Virus record (IMG/VR): IMGVR_UViG_2724679564_000005
Source of the DNA: a virus
Taxonomy: Duplodnaviria; Heunggongvirae; Uroviricota; Caudoviricetes
Strand: one strand, 5' to 3'
Length of the DNA: 64,000 nt
Shown: in pieces, positions 49,986-59,171 of the stretch
How positions within the stretch are numbered: the first letter of the stretch is position 1
Layout of the letters: each line of letters begins with the position of its first letter
Made by a program: the position numbers and the translations under genes
The notes under the pieces: generated by a model
What the model was told of the DNA's origin: nothing
Databases searched by the model: none
The model's input: the letters and a program-made list of their open reading frames with translations, nothing else

Positions 49986-51284
49986 TTATTTAAACATAGC
50001 ATCAAATGATTTTGTAACATCTGATTTTAATTTTTCTTCTTTCTTTTCTTGTTCTTCTTTGATTTCTTCTTTTACTTCGTTTATTTTATTTTCTATTGTT
50101 GGTGGTATTAAATCTTCTACTGTTAAATCTTCCATCAATGTTTTATTTTCTTCGCCTAAAGGCATAACTAATTTTAATTCCTTTATTTTATCACCTACTG
50201 AACTACCTCTCATTTGCTTTATAGCTTGTTCAAGAGTGATAAAACCTAATTTAACTCTTTTTTGAAGGTCTTTTGATAAATCCTTTTCTGTTAATTCTGC
50301 TTCTTCATTACCTTCAAATATTAAATATCTCCATTGAGTTAAATACACTTTTTCTTTCTTAGCACTTTCAAATACATCTACTAAATACTCTACTCTTGCT
50401 TTTATATCTTCATTTTCCCAATCAACATTTGGACTTGAAAAATCTAATATGTAATTTACAGGAACAGGAGTTATTACTTTGTCATTATTTTTATAAGTTC
50501 TATGTCCTTGTATATAATATTTTTTTGATTTCTTAAAATCAGATTTGTCAAACCCATCTTTTTCAAAATAAAAATTAGTTGTTCCCTCTGCTGTGTTTTC
50601 TTCATCATCTTTAGCTACCCTTATTTGATCTATTATTCTATTAAATCTAGTTTTTAATTGATTATCATGCTGACTTATGTATTGATTTATTTCAGTATGT
50701 CCATATATGTATATTTTTTGACCATTTTTGAGATGTTTTTTAACATAATCTATAGCATCTCCAGCAAATATAAATTCTTTGTTTTTATAAATTATTTTTC
50801 CATCCTCATCTGTTTTTGGTTGGCTCACTATATTACCATTCCCATCATCTACTCCAATGGTTTCAGGTTCTAATGATACTCTTATTCTATTATAATAAGG
50901 AACTTTATCTATCATTTCTTGTTCAAATCTCTTTTCAAATGGTATATTATCTTCTACCCATTTATCTTCTTGCATTTCTCCATTATATACCCAATTTTGT
51001 TTTTTATTAGGCTTGCCCTTCTTATCTAAACCTGTTTCATTCTTTGTTTTTTCTATTGTTTCATCTGACCAAAAACCAGCTTCCAACTCAACATATATCT
51101 TATTTAAATCTGAAACCTTTACTCCTAGATTTAATCTCTTCTTCATCCATCCATTCTTTCCTAATGGCTCTGTTTTAACATATCTGTCCATATCCTTATT
51201 AATCATTGCTTCTCCGATTAACACAAAGTTCTCCTTAACTTGATTTAAATTTGCCATATATGTATTTCCCCTTTCAATTTTCAA
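49986..51284 (-). CDS. hypothetical protein (432 aa), first gene of the replication module
   Basis: long ORF; no motif recognised. Confidence 0.5.
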   Translation of the reverse strand: MKIERGNTYMANLNQVKENFVLIGEAMINKDMDRYVKTEPLGKNGWMKKRLNLGVKVSDLNKIYVELEAGFWSDETIEKTKNETGLDKKGKPNKKQNWVYNGEMQEDKWVEDNIPFEKRFEQEMIDKVPYYNRIRVSLEPETIGVDDGNGNIVSQPKTDEDGKIIYKNKEFIFAGDAIDYVKKHLKNGQKIYIYGHTEINQYISQHDNQLKTRFNRIIDQIRVAKDDEENTAEGTTNFYFEKDGFDKSDFKKSKKYYIQGHRTYKNNDKVITPVPVNYILDFSSPNVDWENEDIKARVEYLVDVFESAKKEKVYLTQWRYLIFEGNEEAELTEKDLSKDLQKRVKLGFITLEQAIKQMRGSSVGDKIKELKLVMPLGEENKTLMEDLTVEDLIPPTIENKINEVKEEIKEEQEKKEEKLKSDVTKSFDAMFK

Positions 51285-51328
51285 GAATATTTTATTAAAT
51301 TATTTTATTTTAGTATTAATTTTTTATA

Positions 51329-51511
51329 TTATAAGGTCTTTAAATATTGTATATCTTCTAATCTAAACATTTCAATTAAGTCCATATTGTTTTCAATAAT
51401 AAAAGTATTACATTGAATATCAATTAGCTTACCTTTAAAACATTCTTCACTACATGTTTGTACTTTTATTATATGCCCTATATCCTTTTTAAAAGTATTT
51501 TCTCCAATCAT
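51329..51511 (-). CDS. hypothetical protein (60 aa)
   Basis: ORF track. Confidence 0.3.
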   Translation of the reverse strand: MIGENTFKKDIGHIIKVQTCSEECFKGKLIDIQCNTFIIENNMDLIEMFRLEDIQYLKTL

Positions 51512-51634
51512 TTTTATTTCCTTTCTTTAATTTTCTTTATAAGTCAGTTTGGATAAAATTCATGCTTTATCTACTTTGTATTTATAGGTGGACTATTCAC
51601 TCTTTTAATCACTTTCCATCTTTGATTTGAAACT

Positions 51635-52144
51635 TTAATATGTATCACATCCTTTAATATTTTCTAGAGCTATCCCTAATTTATCAGCATTTATTGTAAC
51701 TGTATCTACCCAATCTTTAATCTTATAAGTACAGTAAATAGTGTTTTTATAATTCACATATTCTTTTGGTACAGATATTTCTTTATTACCTTTTGTATCT
51801 ATTTGTAGTATCTTAGCATTATCTTCAAATTCTACATAAACCTTACTATCTTTTAATGGTATATTTTTTAGAATTATAATACCATTTTTTATTAAATATT
51901 CTTCTTTAATAACATACATTTCTTCCAATCGTTGTTTTACGTCCATATCTCTTGTATCTTCTATTATGTTACTACACACTCTCTTTATTTCGTCTAAAGT
52001 AGTAATTTTTATTATTTTATTTTCAAAGTCTGAAATCACACATTTGTTATCGTTAATGTATTTAATTTTATATTTATTTTCTTGTTTATCTGTAATTAAT
52101 AAGTCTTCAATGTCCATTTCAAACATTCCATTTGATATAACCAT
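51635..52144 (-). CDS. hypothetical protein (169 aa)
   Basis: ORF track. Confidence 0.45.
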   Translation of the reverse strand: MVISNGMFEMDIEDLLITDKQENKYKIKYINDNKCVISDFENKIIKITTLDEIKRVCSNIIEDTRDMDVKQRLEEMYVIKEEYLIKNGIIILKNIPLKDSKVYVEFEDNAKILQIDTKGNKEISVPKEYVNYKNTIYCTYKIKDWVDTVTINADKLGIALENIKGCDTY

Positions 52145-52187
52145 TTACTCACCTTCTCAATATTGTATCAAATTGTTTTATGTTTGC

Positions 52188-52472
52188 TTATTCTTTATTC
52201 ATATGTACATTTATTAAATCATTGTTTGGGAAATATGTAGTGAACCCTTTAGCTTCTAAATACTTTTTCAGATTCATAAAATTTTCCTCGGTCTTTTTAA
52301 AGTCTCCATAGTTATTTATATCTAGCTCAAAATAGTCATCGTTCCTTTCTAAGCTCTTAATAAAGTCTTTTTCTATTTGTTTTAATAACTTTTCATTTTT
52401 CTTTTCATAATCTTCTTTAAATTTATCTTTTGCTTTCTTTTGAATGAAATTCAATTCCTCTAAGTTCAACAT
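52188..52472 (-). CDS. hypothetical protein (94 aa)
   Basis: ORF track. Confidence 0.4.
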   Translation of the reverse strand: MLNLEELNFIQKKAKDKFKEDYEKKNEKLLKQIEKDFIKSLERNDDYFELDINNYGDFKKTEENFMNLKKYLEAKGFTTYFPNNDLINVHMNKE

Positions 52473-52485
52473 TTTTATTACCTCC

Positions 52486-53154
52486 TTATTTTATATCATT
52501 TAGTTTTTGTGTTGCTTTTAAATATTGTTTTATCTTAGCGTCATAATAGGTGATTTTCATTATTTTTACTCTACTTTCTCCTTTTAGTCGTTTTTCAGAT
52601 TTTGTACCATCCTGTAAAATAACAGTTAACATATCATTTTCGATTTCTACTATTATATTTTCATATTTATTTTCTATTTCATTAAATGTTGTTGCTTTAT
52701 ATTCTTCTTTAGCTTTTCTAACTAATTCTATATCTTCTGGATTAACATATAAAGGATTTAATTCATCTAGTTGTATTAAGACTTTATCCATTCCTTCACA
52801 ATACTCTAGGAATTTACATTCTTTATCTGATAATGATTTATATTCGCCATCTATTATTCTTATTACATCATTTTTGTTTAATTTTCTGATATCTGTAACT
52901 ATTTCTTTTTTATTTTCCTTATTCATTTTTGACACAGTTTTATGATTAGTACTCTTATTATCTTCTTTATTAATTCTTTTTATCATATCATTTAGATCAA
53001 TATGAAAAGTATTGTTAATTTTATTTTCTTTTGCTCGTTCCTTTGTATCTTTCTTCTTTCTTGAATCTTCTTGACTTGCATAGTTTTGATAACTATTTCT
53101 ATCTTTCTCACATTCTTTTGTTATTTCTTCAAGTATCACATCTAATAAATTCAT
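52486..53154 (-). CDS. hypothetical protein (222 aa)
   Basis: ORF with two tandem promoters upstream. Confidence 0.45.
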   Translation of the reverse strand: MNLLDVILEEITKECEKDRNSYQNYASQEDSRKKKDTKERAKENKINNTFHIDLNDMIKRINKEDNKSTNHKTVSKMNKENKKEIVTDIRKLNKNDVIRIIDGEYKSLSDKECKFLEYCEGMDKVLIQLDELNPLYVNPEDIELVRKAKEEYKATTFNEIENKYENIIVEIENDMLTVILQDGTKSEKRLKGESRVKIMKITYYDAKIKQYLKATQKLNDIK

Positions 53155-53209
53155 AACTTTAAATCCCTCCGTTTAATTAATTGTTGTTTTTCATTTATCT
53201 TACTATTTT

Positions 53210-53238
53210 AGTATATCATGTTATTTTAATCTTGTCAA
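53210..53238 (-). promoter_or_regulatory. promoter TTGACA-17-TATACT (proximal of a tandem pair)
   Basis: rc: TTGACAagattaaaataacatgaTATACT. Confidence 0.45.
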
Positions 53239-53305
53239 ATTGTTTTGTATTTGTGATATTTTTTAAGATAAATCCTACAAATCAATGCGTTTATCTTATA
53301 AATAT

Positions 53306-53334
53306 ATATTACCAAATTATTTTACATTTGTCAA
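53306..53334 (-). promoter_or_regulatory. conserved-family promoter TTGACA-17-TAATAT (distal of the tandem pair)
   Basis: rc: TTGACAaatgtaaaataatttggTAATAT. Confidence 0.5.
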
Positions 53335-53347
53335 ATTCTATTTTTTA

Positions 53348-53740
53348 TTAAATAGCTACCCATTTATTAACTATTATTGTCTCTTCTTTTTGTTCTACCA
53401 TATATGGTTTTTTATAATCATAGTAATAATCACTATAGTACGAACCAGTTCTGTTTACATCTTGTTTAATATATAAATTCAAAGGTTTATCAATTTTCCA
53501 AGCACACTCCTTATTAGCAGTACCTATTCTAAATACATTTGAACTATATTCATACTTCCCTTCACTAATCCAATCTTCCTCTTCTATTTGTTCTAACGCA
53601 TATGTAACCCCCTCTATTTCAAAGTTGTCACAGCATTCTAAATTTTCACTTCCACACTCATCTACAATTCTTTTACCTATTTCTTGTAAATTCATAACGA
53701 ATCCTCCTTTTATATTATATAGCCTCTTATTCGGCTGCAT
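53348..53740 (-). CDS. hypothetical protein (130 aa)
   Basis: ORF overlapping the HD gene end. Confidence 0.4.
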   Translation of the reverse strand: MQPNKRLYNIKGGFVMNLQEIGKRIVDECGSENLECCDNFEIEGVTYALEQIEEEDWISEGKYEYSSNVFRIGTANKECAWKIDKPLNLYIKQDVNRTGSYYSDYYYDYKKPYMVEQKEETIIVNKWVAI

Positions 53741-54548
53741 TAAAATTAATCTCCAATAGTTTTCGACTACTTAAATAATCACATAAGTGTACGAATTTCT
53801 GCATTTCTGTTACAGGCTTATCTAAAACTTCTTGCTTTGTTCTAAAATCCATTACCCATTCACCCATATGGGTAGCAATACAATCACATATAATATTTAC
53901 ATCTTCCTTAGGTAATGCATTTTGATTCATTTTTTTTATGAAATCACTAGCTACAATAGGATGTTTTATTTCATATTTACCACCTTCTAAGCCTTGTTTA
54001 AAGGTATCATGTAGAATAATAGAAGATAACATCAAGGATTTTTCTCTATTGTTAAAGTTCCCACATATAGTATTATTTCTAAATAATTCTAAAGCTATTA
54101 ATCCTGATGACAAAGTGTGTCTTAACAAACCACCTTTTCCTAAAGAATACGTAGGATGATGCCTTCCTAAAGTAGATGCTGGTTCAATATAAAAATAGTT
54201 TGGTACTTTATTTAGAACTTCTATTGTAAAGTTATATATATCTTCTGGTAAAGTTTTTAATAAAGGATTAAATATACTCCATTTACAATCATTATATAAC
54301 TTAACTTCTTTTTTAGTATAATTTAGATCAACTTCTTCATCTATGTTTAAATTATCTGCTCCAAACAATTCTATTAGTTTATGTATAGATTCTTGTGAAA
54401 GTTCCCATTCTTTTGTTTCAAAATGATAATGTCTAGGTTTAATTGTTTTTATCCCTTTAATTATATCGAGATTGTAAAAGAAGCTAACAAATAAACTTTT
54501 ATCACAATCATTTATTTTTTCACTGTTATTTAATTTTATAGTAATCAT
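53727..54548 (-). CDS. HD-domain phosphohydrolase
   Basis: LGRHHP...LLRHTLSSGLIALEL...SIILHDTFKQG fits the H...HD...D metal-binding pattern. Confidence 0.55.
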   Translation of the reverse strand: MITIKLNNSEKINDCDKSLFVSFFYNLDIIKGIKTIKPRHYHFETKEWELSQESIHKLIELFGADNLNIDEEVDLNYTKKEVKLYNDCKWSIFNPLLKTLPEDIYNFTIEVLNKVPNYFYIEPASTLGRHHPTYSLGKGGLLRHTLSSGLIALELFRNNTICGNFNNREKSLMLSSIILHDTFKQGLEGGKYEIKHPIVASDFIKKMNQNALPKEDVNIICDCIATHMGEWVMDFRTKQEVLDKPVTEMQKFVHLCDYLSSRKLLEINFNAAE

Positions 54549-54622
54549 ATAAAGTTCTCTTCCTTCCTTTATTATTATTAAATTATTTTAAATTCAACTT
54601 TGCATAAAAACTAGATTTTAAA

Positions 54623-56323
54623 TTAACTTATTTTCTTGTTATGTAATTTCAAATAATCCTCGTAATACATCCATTTTAAATTTTCTCCTGTAATTGGATG
54701 TATACCTGTTGATTTTCTTTCTCCTTTGCAGCACGAACTCACTTTGCTTTTAGTCAATAAATATTTTTTTTCAGCACTTACTATAGAATTAAAAATTTCA
54801 TTAGTAGTTAAACAAATTATAGTTCTGGCATTTTTACCACCGACCTTTCGACTATTACTTCTTATTTCTTGCTTAGGATTATAATTGCACCAATTAATTT
54901 TACTTCCGATTTTTAAATATCGTATGACAGTACCTCTTGATAATTTAGATTTTATAGCTATATCTTTTGTGCTATGTATTCCATTTTCCCAATATGTACA
55001 AATTTCTTTTACTCTATTTGATAAAGCAAACTTTTCACATTCATACCAATTTATTTTATTTAAATTAAAAATCTTAGACAATTGAGATTTTAATAAATTT
55101 TGTTTTATTATATCCAATCCTATATTACTAGTATTAATTACTATGTATTTTTCATGTTTCACACCATTAGCTACAGCTAAGTCTTTTTTTAATCTATCAT
55201 TTTGTTGTTCTAATTCTAAAGAACGACCTCTGCCTGTATATCTATAATGTTGACCTCCATGTGTTTCTATTATACAATTTATTGATGGTATAAAAAAATC
55301 ATACCTTTTATTTCCATTCAGTTTAGAATTTTGACATTTAATATTTTTACTCCATTCAAACTCTTTTTCTATTTCAAATTCTATATGTAGTTGATTTAAA
55401 ACATTAAAAACAAATTTTTCACCATAAGATTTTCCATCGCTACATTTTGAACAAGAAAATCCGTATATGTATAAGTGACTTATTTTCATCTTTTTTTTAT
55501 ATCCACAATCTGGACACATCATTAAAATTTTTTTATTACTCGAATAACTATATTTATAAATGTCTTCTATATTTACAAAATATTTTGTTAAATACGGATG
55601 CGTTGTAGCAATGTCATTTATTCCTCTTACTACTTTTCTACAAGGAATACAACATACAGGGCATATACCTCTATTATCTTTTAAATGAGCTTCTGATGTT
55701 TTTCCAATATAACCACATTTTAAACATTTATAGTTATATCCTTTCCGAGGAGCTTGTTCCCCATTTTTCACTTTAATATAATTTATAATTTTTACACCTT
55801 TAACAATATCTTCTTTATTATATATGTATTCATCTGTTCTTTTTCCTAATATAACATTTAACTTACCTGTTAACAGTGTTTGTGTTGTAATCATAAAAGT
55901 TTTACTATTATAAATAATTTTTAATTGTTGATTTTTCGAATCATAATTTAATACTTTTAATTCTCCTATTATATCTTCACATTTAAATTTAATTTTTTTA
56001 TTAATAGAGTTTGTCCAATTAACACCTTGTTTTGTGTTACCAACTTCACTAACATCTATATATCCGTTTTCAGTAGTTATTTTTGGGTTTAAAGTTATTA
56101 ATTTGCTTATTTTATTTTCTATTAAACTTGCTCTATCTATAAAATTTAAATTTTTATTATACATCAAGCAAATTTTTCTTCCATCATAACTAATTATTTT
56201 AAATTCGCCATTAATATTATCATAAATAAATGGAATTATTGATCCTATTGAATTTTTCCAATCTATTATTTCTTTTCCCAATCTATATTTTTTAGGTAAA
56301 TTATTTAAAAATACTTTTTTCAT
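54623..56323 (-). CDS. free-standing homing-endonuclease-like protein: zinc ribbons, PD-(D/E)XK (Vsr/DUF559-like) core and C-terminal HTH
   Basis: YKCLKCGY..GICPVCC and MCPDCGY..FSCSKC ribbons; RYDFFIPSINCIIETHGGQHY nuclease-like core; STKDIAIKSKLSRGTVIRYLKIG HTH. Confidence 0.4.
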   Translation of the reverse strand: MKKVFLNNLPKKYRLGKEIIDWKNSIGSIIPFIYDNINGEFKIISYDGRKICLMYNKNLNFIDRASLIENKISKLITLNPKITTENGYIDVSEVGNTKQGVNWTNSINKKIKFKCEDIIGELKVLNYDSKNQQLKIIYNSKTFMITTQTLLTGKLNVILGKRTDEYIYNKEDIVKGVKIINYIKVKNGEQAPRKGYNYKCLKCGYIGKTSEAHLKDNRGICPVCCIPCRKVVRGINDIATTHPYLTKYFVNIEDIYKYSYSSNKKILMMCPDCGYKKKMKISHLYIYGFSCSKCSDGKSYGEKFVFNVLNQLHIEFEIEKEFEWSKNIKCQNSKLNGNKRYDFFIPSINCIIETHGGQHYRYTGRGRSLELEQQNDRLKKDLAVANGVKHEKYIVINTSNIGLDIIKQNLLKSQLSKIFNLNKINWYECEKFALSNRVKEICTYWENGIHSTKDIAIKSKLSRGTVIRYLKIGSKINWCNYNPKQEIRSNSRKVGGKNARTIICLTTNEIFNSIVSAEKKYLLTKSKVSSCCKGERKSTGIHPITGENLKWMYYEDYLKLHNKKIS

Positions 56324-56345
56324 TTTATACCTACTCCTTTAGGAG

Positions 56346-56357
56346 GTGTAGCTACAC
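56346..56357. repeat. perfect 12-bp palindrome GTGTAGCTACAC in the 5' leader of the 566-aa gene, adjacent to a CTCCT/AGGAG inverted repeat at the RBS
   Basis: read directly. Confidence 0.5.
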
Positions 56358-56458
56358 TTTATTACTTGCAAGTTCTCCTTTTGTTTTATCGAATTATTTT
56401 TTATTTATGATAAAATGTTTATTTTAAATTATTGTTTGCAATATCTTTGAATTACGAA

Positions 56459-56668
56459 TTAATCAACACCTACTTCTTTTACAGTTCTTTTATTTACATT
56501 TACATAAAATTCTTTATCATTATTTCTTTGAATATTTTCAGCAATATCCACTATATCATCAGTCATTTCAACACATTCTATTGCATATTCCCTATCTTCA
56601 TAATCATTCATTGGTACTCTAACCACACCTTTAATTAAAACTTTCATTTCATAATATTTTTTACTCAT
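56459..56668 (-). CDS. hypothetical protein (69 aa)
   Basis: ORF track. Confidence 0.35.
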   Translation of the reverse strand: MSKKYYEMKVLIKGVVRVPMNDYEDREYAIECVEMTDDIVDIAENIQRNNDKEFYVNVNKRTVKEVGVD

Positions 56669-56708
56669 TTAATCAACCCTTTCTCCGCAATATCTTTGAA
56701 ATGTGTCA

Positions 56709-56942
56709 CTAACTTTCCCTATTATTAGGAATATCAACCGTTGTTGAAATTGTTGGCTGTCTATCTATAATATTTTTCAAACAAATCATTAAATTAGCCT
56801 GTTGCATGAACTCTAAATCGTTACATTTTATTTCTTCAAAAAGTTTATCAGCATCTATAAATCTCATTTTCTTAGCTCCTTTCTTATTCACAATATAATC
56901 AAATTGGGAATTATTCCTCGTATTCAAAGTCATAACAATCAT
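56709..56942 (-). CDS. hypothetical protein (77 aa); N-terminus uncertain because it overlaps a better-supported small ORF
   Basis: ORF track; no obvious RBS. Confidence 0.3.
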   Translation of the reverse strand: MIVMTLNTRNNSQFDYIVNKKGAKKMRFIDADKLFEEIKCNDLEFMQQANLMICLKNIIDRQPTISTTVDIPNNRES

Positions 56943-57072
56943 GGTCTAAGACTTCAACTATCCCATTTTTATCTTTAATAATTTCGTGACCTTCTAAACA
57001 AATCCAATTACTTTTTTTATCTTCACAAACACAATTTTTACAATCCAAACAATCATTTTTATTAATACTCAT
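56911..57072 (-). CDS. small Cys-rich protein (53 aa), not in ORF track
   Basis: GGAGGAAG RBS; MSINKNDCLDCKNCVCEDKKSNWICLEGHEII...DHDCYDFEYEE. Confidence 0.35.
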   Translation of the reverse strand: MSINKNDCLDCKNCVCEDKKSNWICLEGHEIIKDKNGIVEVLDHDCYDFEYEE

Positions 57073-57111
57073 ACTTCCTCCGTTTATTTTATCTTTATTT
57101 CAAACTGCGAA

Positions 57112-57258
57112 TTAATTGCTTCTGTCTTTTGATCGAAATATCTCACATTTCTTTATATAATTGCAAGGCGTTCTACTTCCCATAATACCTAATATTTGTC
57201 TACAATTATCGTCTTTATCTCTAAAAAAACAAATATCACATTTTTCTCTTTGCTCCAT
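57112..57258 (-). CDS. small Cys-rich protein (48 aa), not in ORF track
   Basis: GGGAGG RBS; MEQREKCDICFFRDKDDNCRQILGIMGSRTPCNYIKKCEIF... Confidence 0.3.
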   Translation of the reverse strand: MEQREKCDICFFRDKDDNCRQILGIMGSRTPCNYIKKCEIFRSKDRSN

Positions 57259-57343
57259 TATTAACCTCCCAACTGTTTTTCATGATTCTATTCGTTTTAC
57301 TTTCCATTGTTAAATTGTTTTATGTTCATATAAAATCCTCATT

Positions 57344-57976
57344 TTAACTAAAATTGATAAATTGAAATTCTTCGTTATTATTACTTTCTTCACTATAGCT
57401 ATTTATGTCTGTATCAAAATCTAATCTTTTATATGTAAACCCTATTACATCACACCAATCTATATTATGTATTTCTAAGTTATATAATAAGCAGTCATAT
57501 AAATTTCTTTCAATGCCCATTACACCTATATGAACTTCCTTAATTTTAAATTTTTCAATAAACATAGCTGCTATTTTACTACATTCATTTAAATTTTCAC
57601 TTAGCTTTATAGAATAACATTTTTCTTCCATTCTATCTTTTATGCTTATATATGTATAATATCCTCGGTATTCTCTTCCTGTTGATATATCCATTATTAA
57701 TTCATTTGATTTATTATTTAGTCGTTTTACTTTTCTTTCTTCTTTTTTCAGTAATTCTTTCTTTTCCTTCTCCCATTGATTAAAATATTCTTGTTCATTT
57801 GGGTTAAGTAATTTTTTAGGACATCCACCACACTCATTCCTATTATGATTACAACCCCAACAAGGATTTTCACCTCTTTGGATCAATCCCATTATTAATA
57901 CTCCTGTTAGTTTGCATTTTGATGGTACATATCCTTGTTTAATACACAATTCTCTTAAAGTATCATTGTTCTCCAT
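57344..57976 (-). CDS. hypothetical protein with N-terminal Cys cluster (210 aa)
   Basis: CWGCNHNRNECGGCPKK. Confidence 0.45.
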   Translation of the reverse strand: MENNDTLRELCIKQGYVPSKCKLTGVLIMGLIQRGENPCWGCNHNRNECGGCPKKLLNPNEQEYFNQWEKEKKELLKKEERKVKRLNNKSNELIMDISTGREYRGYYTYISIKDRMEEKCYSIKLSENLNECSKIAAMFIEKFKIKEVHIGVMGIERNLYDCLLYNLEIHNIDWCDVIGFTYKRLDFDTDINSYSEESNNNEEFQFINFS

Positions 57977-57997
57977 TTAAAATATCCCCTCTTTAAT

Positions 57998-58510
57998 TTA
58001 TTTTGTATTTTTCATTAAAGTGTCAAATAATTTTTCTAATTCTTCATAAGAAGTATTGTCTAAGAATTGCATATGTTTATCCCTATCTTCTTCACTTAAT
58101 TCTTTCATACTTCTTATAGCATTTTTTAATATATGTCTATAAAATTCTTTAGATTCTTCTTTTTTAAACTCTGCTTTTCTCTTATTATAATCAGCTTTAA
58201 ATTCATCTGATGTATTTTTGTCTGTAATTATAAACCATTTACCTTCTCTAAATCCTCTTTCTACTACTTTATAAGAAGTTAAATTAGAATTTTTAATCTC
58301 ATCATATCTTATGTATTGTCCTATTTCATCATCTTTATTTTTACCAAACAATATTTCATGTTTACTACCTTCTGTTTCTACTACGAATTTCTTTTTTAGT
58401 AAATTCCAAATTACATAATCGACATCTACTGATTCTAACTCTTTGTAATACCAAATTGGATATTCATTTCTTTCTACAAACTTCTTATTTATTGTTTCTT
58501 CAGTATTCAT
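57998..58510 (-). CDS. hypothetical protein (170 aa)
   Basis: ORF track. Confidence 0.45.
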   Translation of the reverse strand: MNTEETINKKFVERNEYPIWYYKELESVDVDYVIWNLLKKKFVVETEGSKHEILFGKNKDDEIGQYIRYDEIKNSNLTSYKVVERGFREGKWFIITDKNTSDEFKADYNKRKAEFKKEESKEFYRHILKNAIRSMKELSEEDRDKHMQFLDNTSYEELEKLFDTLMKNTK

Positions 58511-58564
58511 CTAATCGCCCCTTTTGCATTATCATTTATTAAATTATTTTAAATTAATGAAATT

Positions 58565-58804
58565 TTAATTTTCCTTATCAATTGTCATTATGTCTAAATA
58601 TTTTTTTATGTCTTCTTCTGATACCCCAATTTCACTTGCAGTTTTAAATATTTCTCTAAACATTTTTTCTGTACTATAGTCGAAGTAATCTTTGTATATT
58701 ATCTCAACCTTTGATTTGTTATGTATACAATATTTACAAAAATCACTCCTTTTATCTGTTTTACAAATATCAAATTTTTCACAGTTTATTATCATATTAA
58801 TCAT
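58565..58804 (-). CDS. hypothetical protein (79 aa)
   Basis: ORF track. Confidence 0.35.
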   Translation of the reverse strand: MINMIINCEKFDICKTDKRSDFCKYCIHNKSKVEIIYKDYFDYSTEKMFREIFKTASEIGVSEEDIKKYLDIMTIDKEN

Positions 58805-59090
58805 CTTCCTTTTTAAAATAATTTACTATCCCTTTAATTAGCAATAATAAATTTAAAATAGGTGTCATATATACTAAAAATATAAAAAAGTAACCTATTA
58901 ATGGATTAGACATACTAGTATTTATTAATCCATTAACAAAATTGGTCAACTTTTCATTATTCAGTTCCTCTAAACTTTCTTGTATTGAGTTAAAAGCTTC
59001 AAATGGGTCTATGTTTTGATTCATATTATTTATTTTATTTATTATAAAAGCCATTGCTCCTATTACAATATTTAAAGTAAGTAAACTCAT
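58797..59090 (-). CDS. small two-TM membrane protein (97 aa)
   Basis: two hydrophobic segments. Confidence 0.4.
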   Translation of the reverse strand: MSLLTLNIVIGAMAFIINKINNMNQNIDPFEAFNSIQESLEELNNEKLTNFVNGLINTSMSNPLIGYFFIFLVYMTPILNLLLLIKGIVNYFKKEDD

Positions 59091-59171
59091 ATTCTCACCC
59101 CTTTAAAACATCACTTTTGACATTTATTATACATTAAAATCTCATTTTAATAAAATAATGGTTTTAACCTG

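Noticed and set aside
56341-56360. CTCCT-AA-AGGAG pairing as an RBS-sequestering hairpin for the 566-aa gene
   Set aside because: The 2-nt loop is sterically implausible. It is kept only as a note alongside the adjacent 12-bp palindrome.
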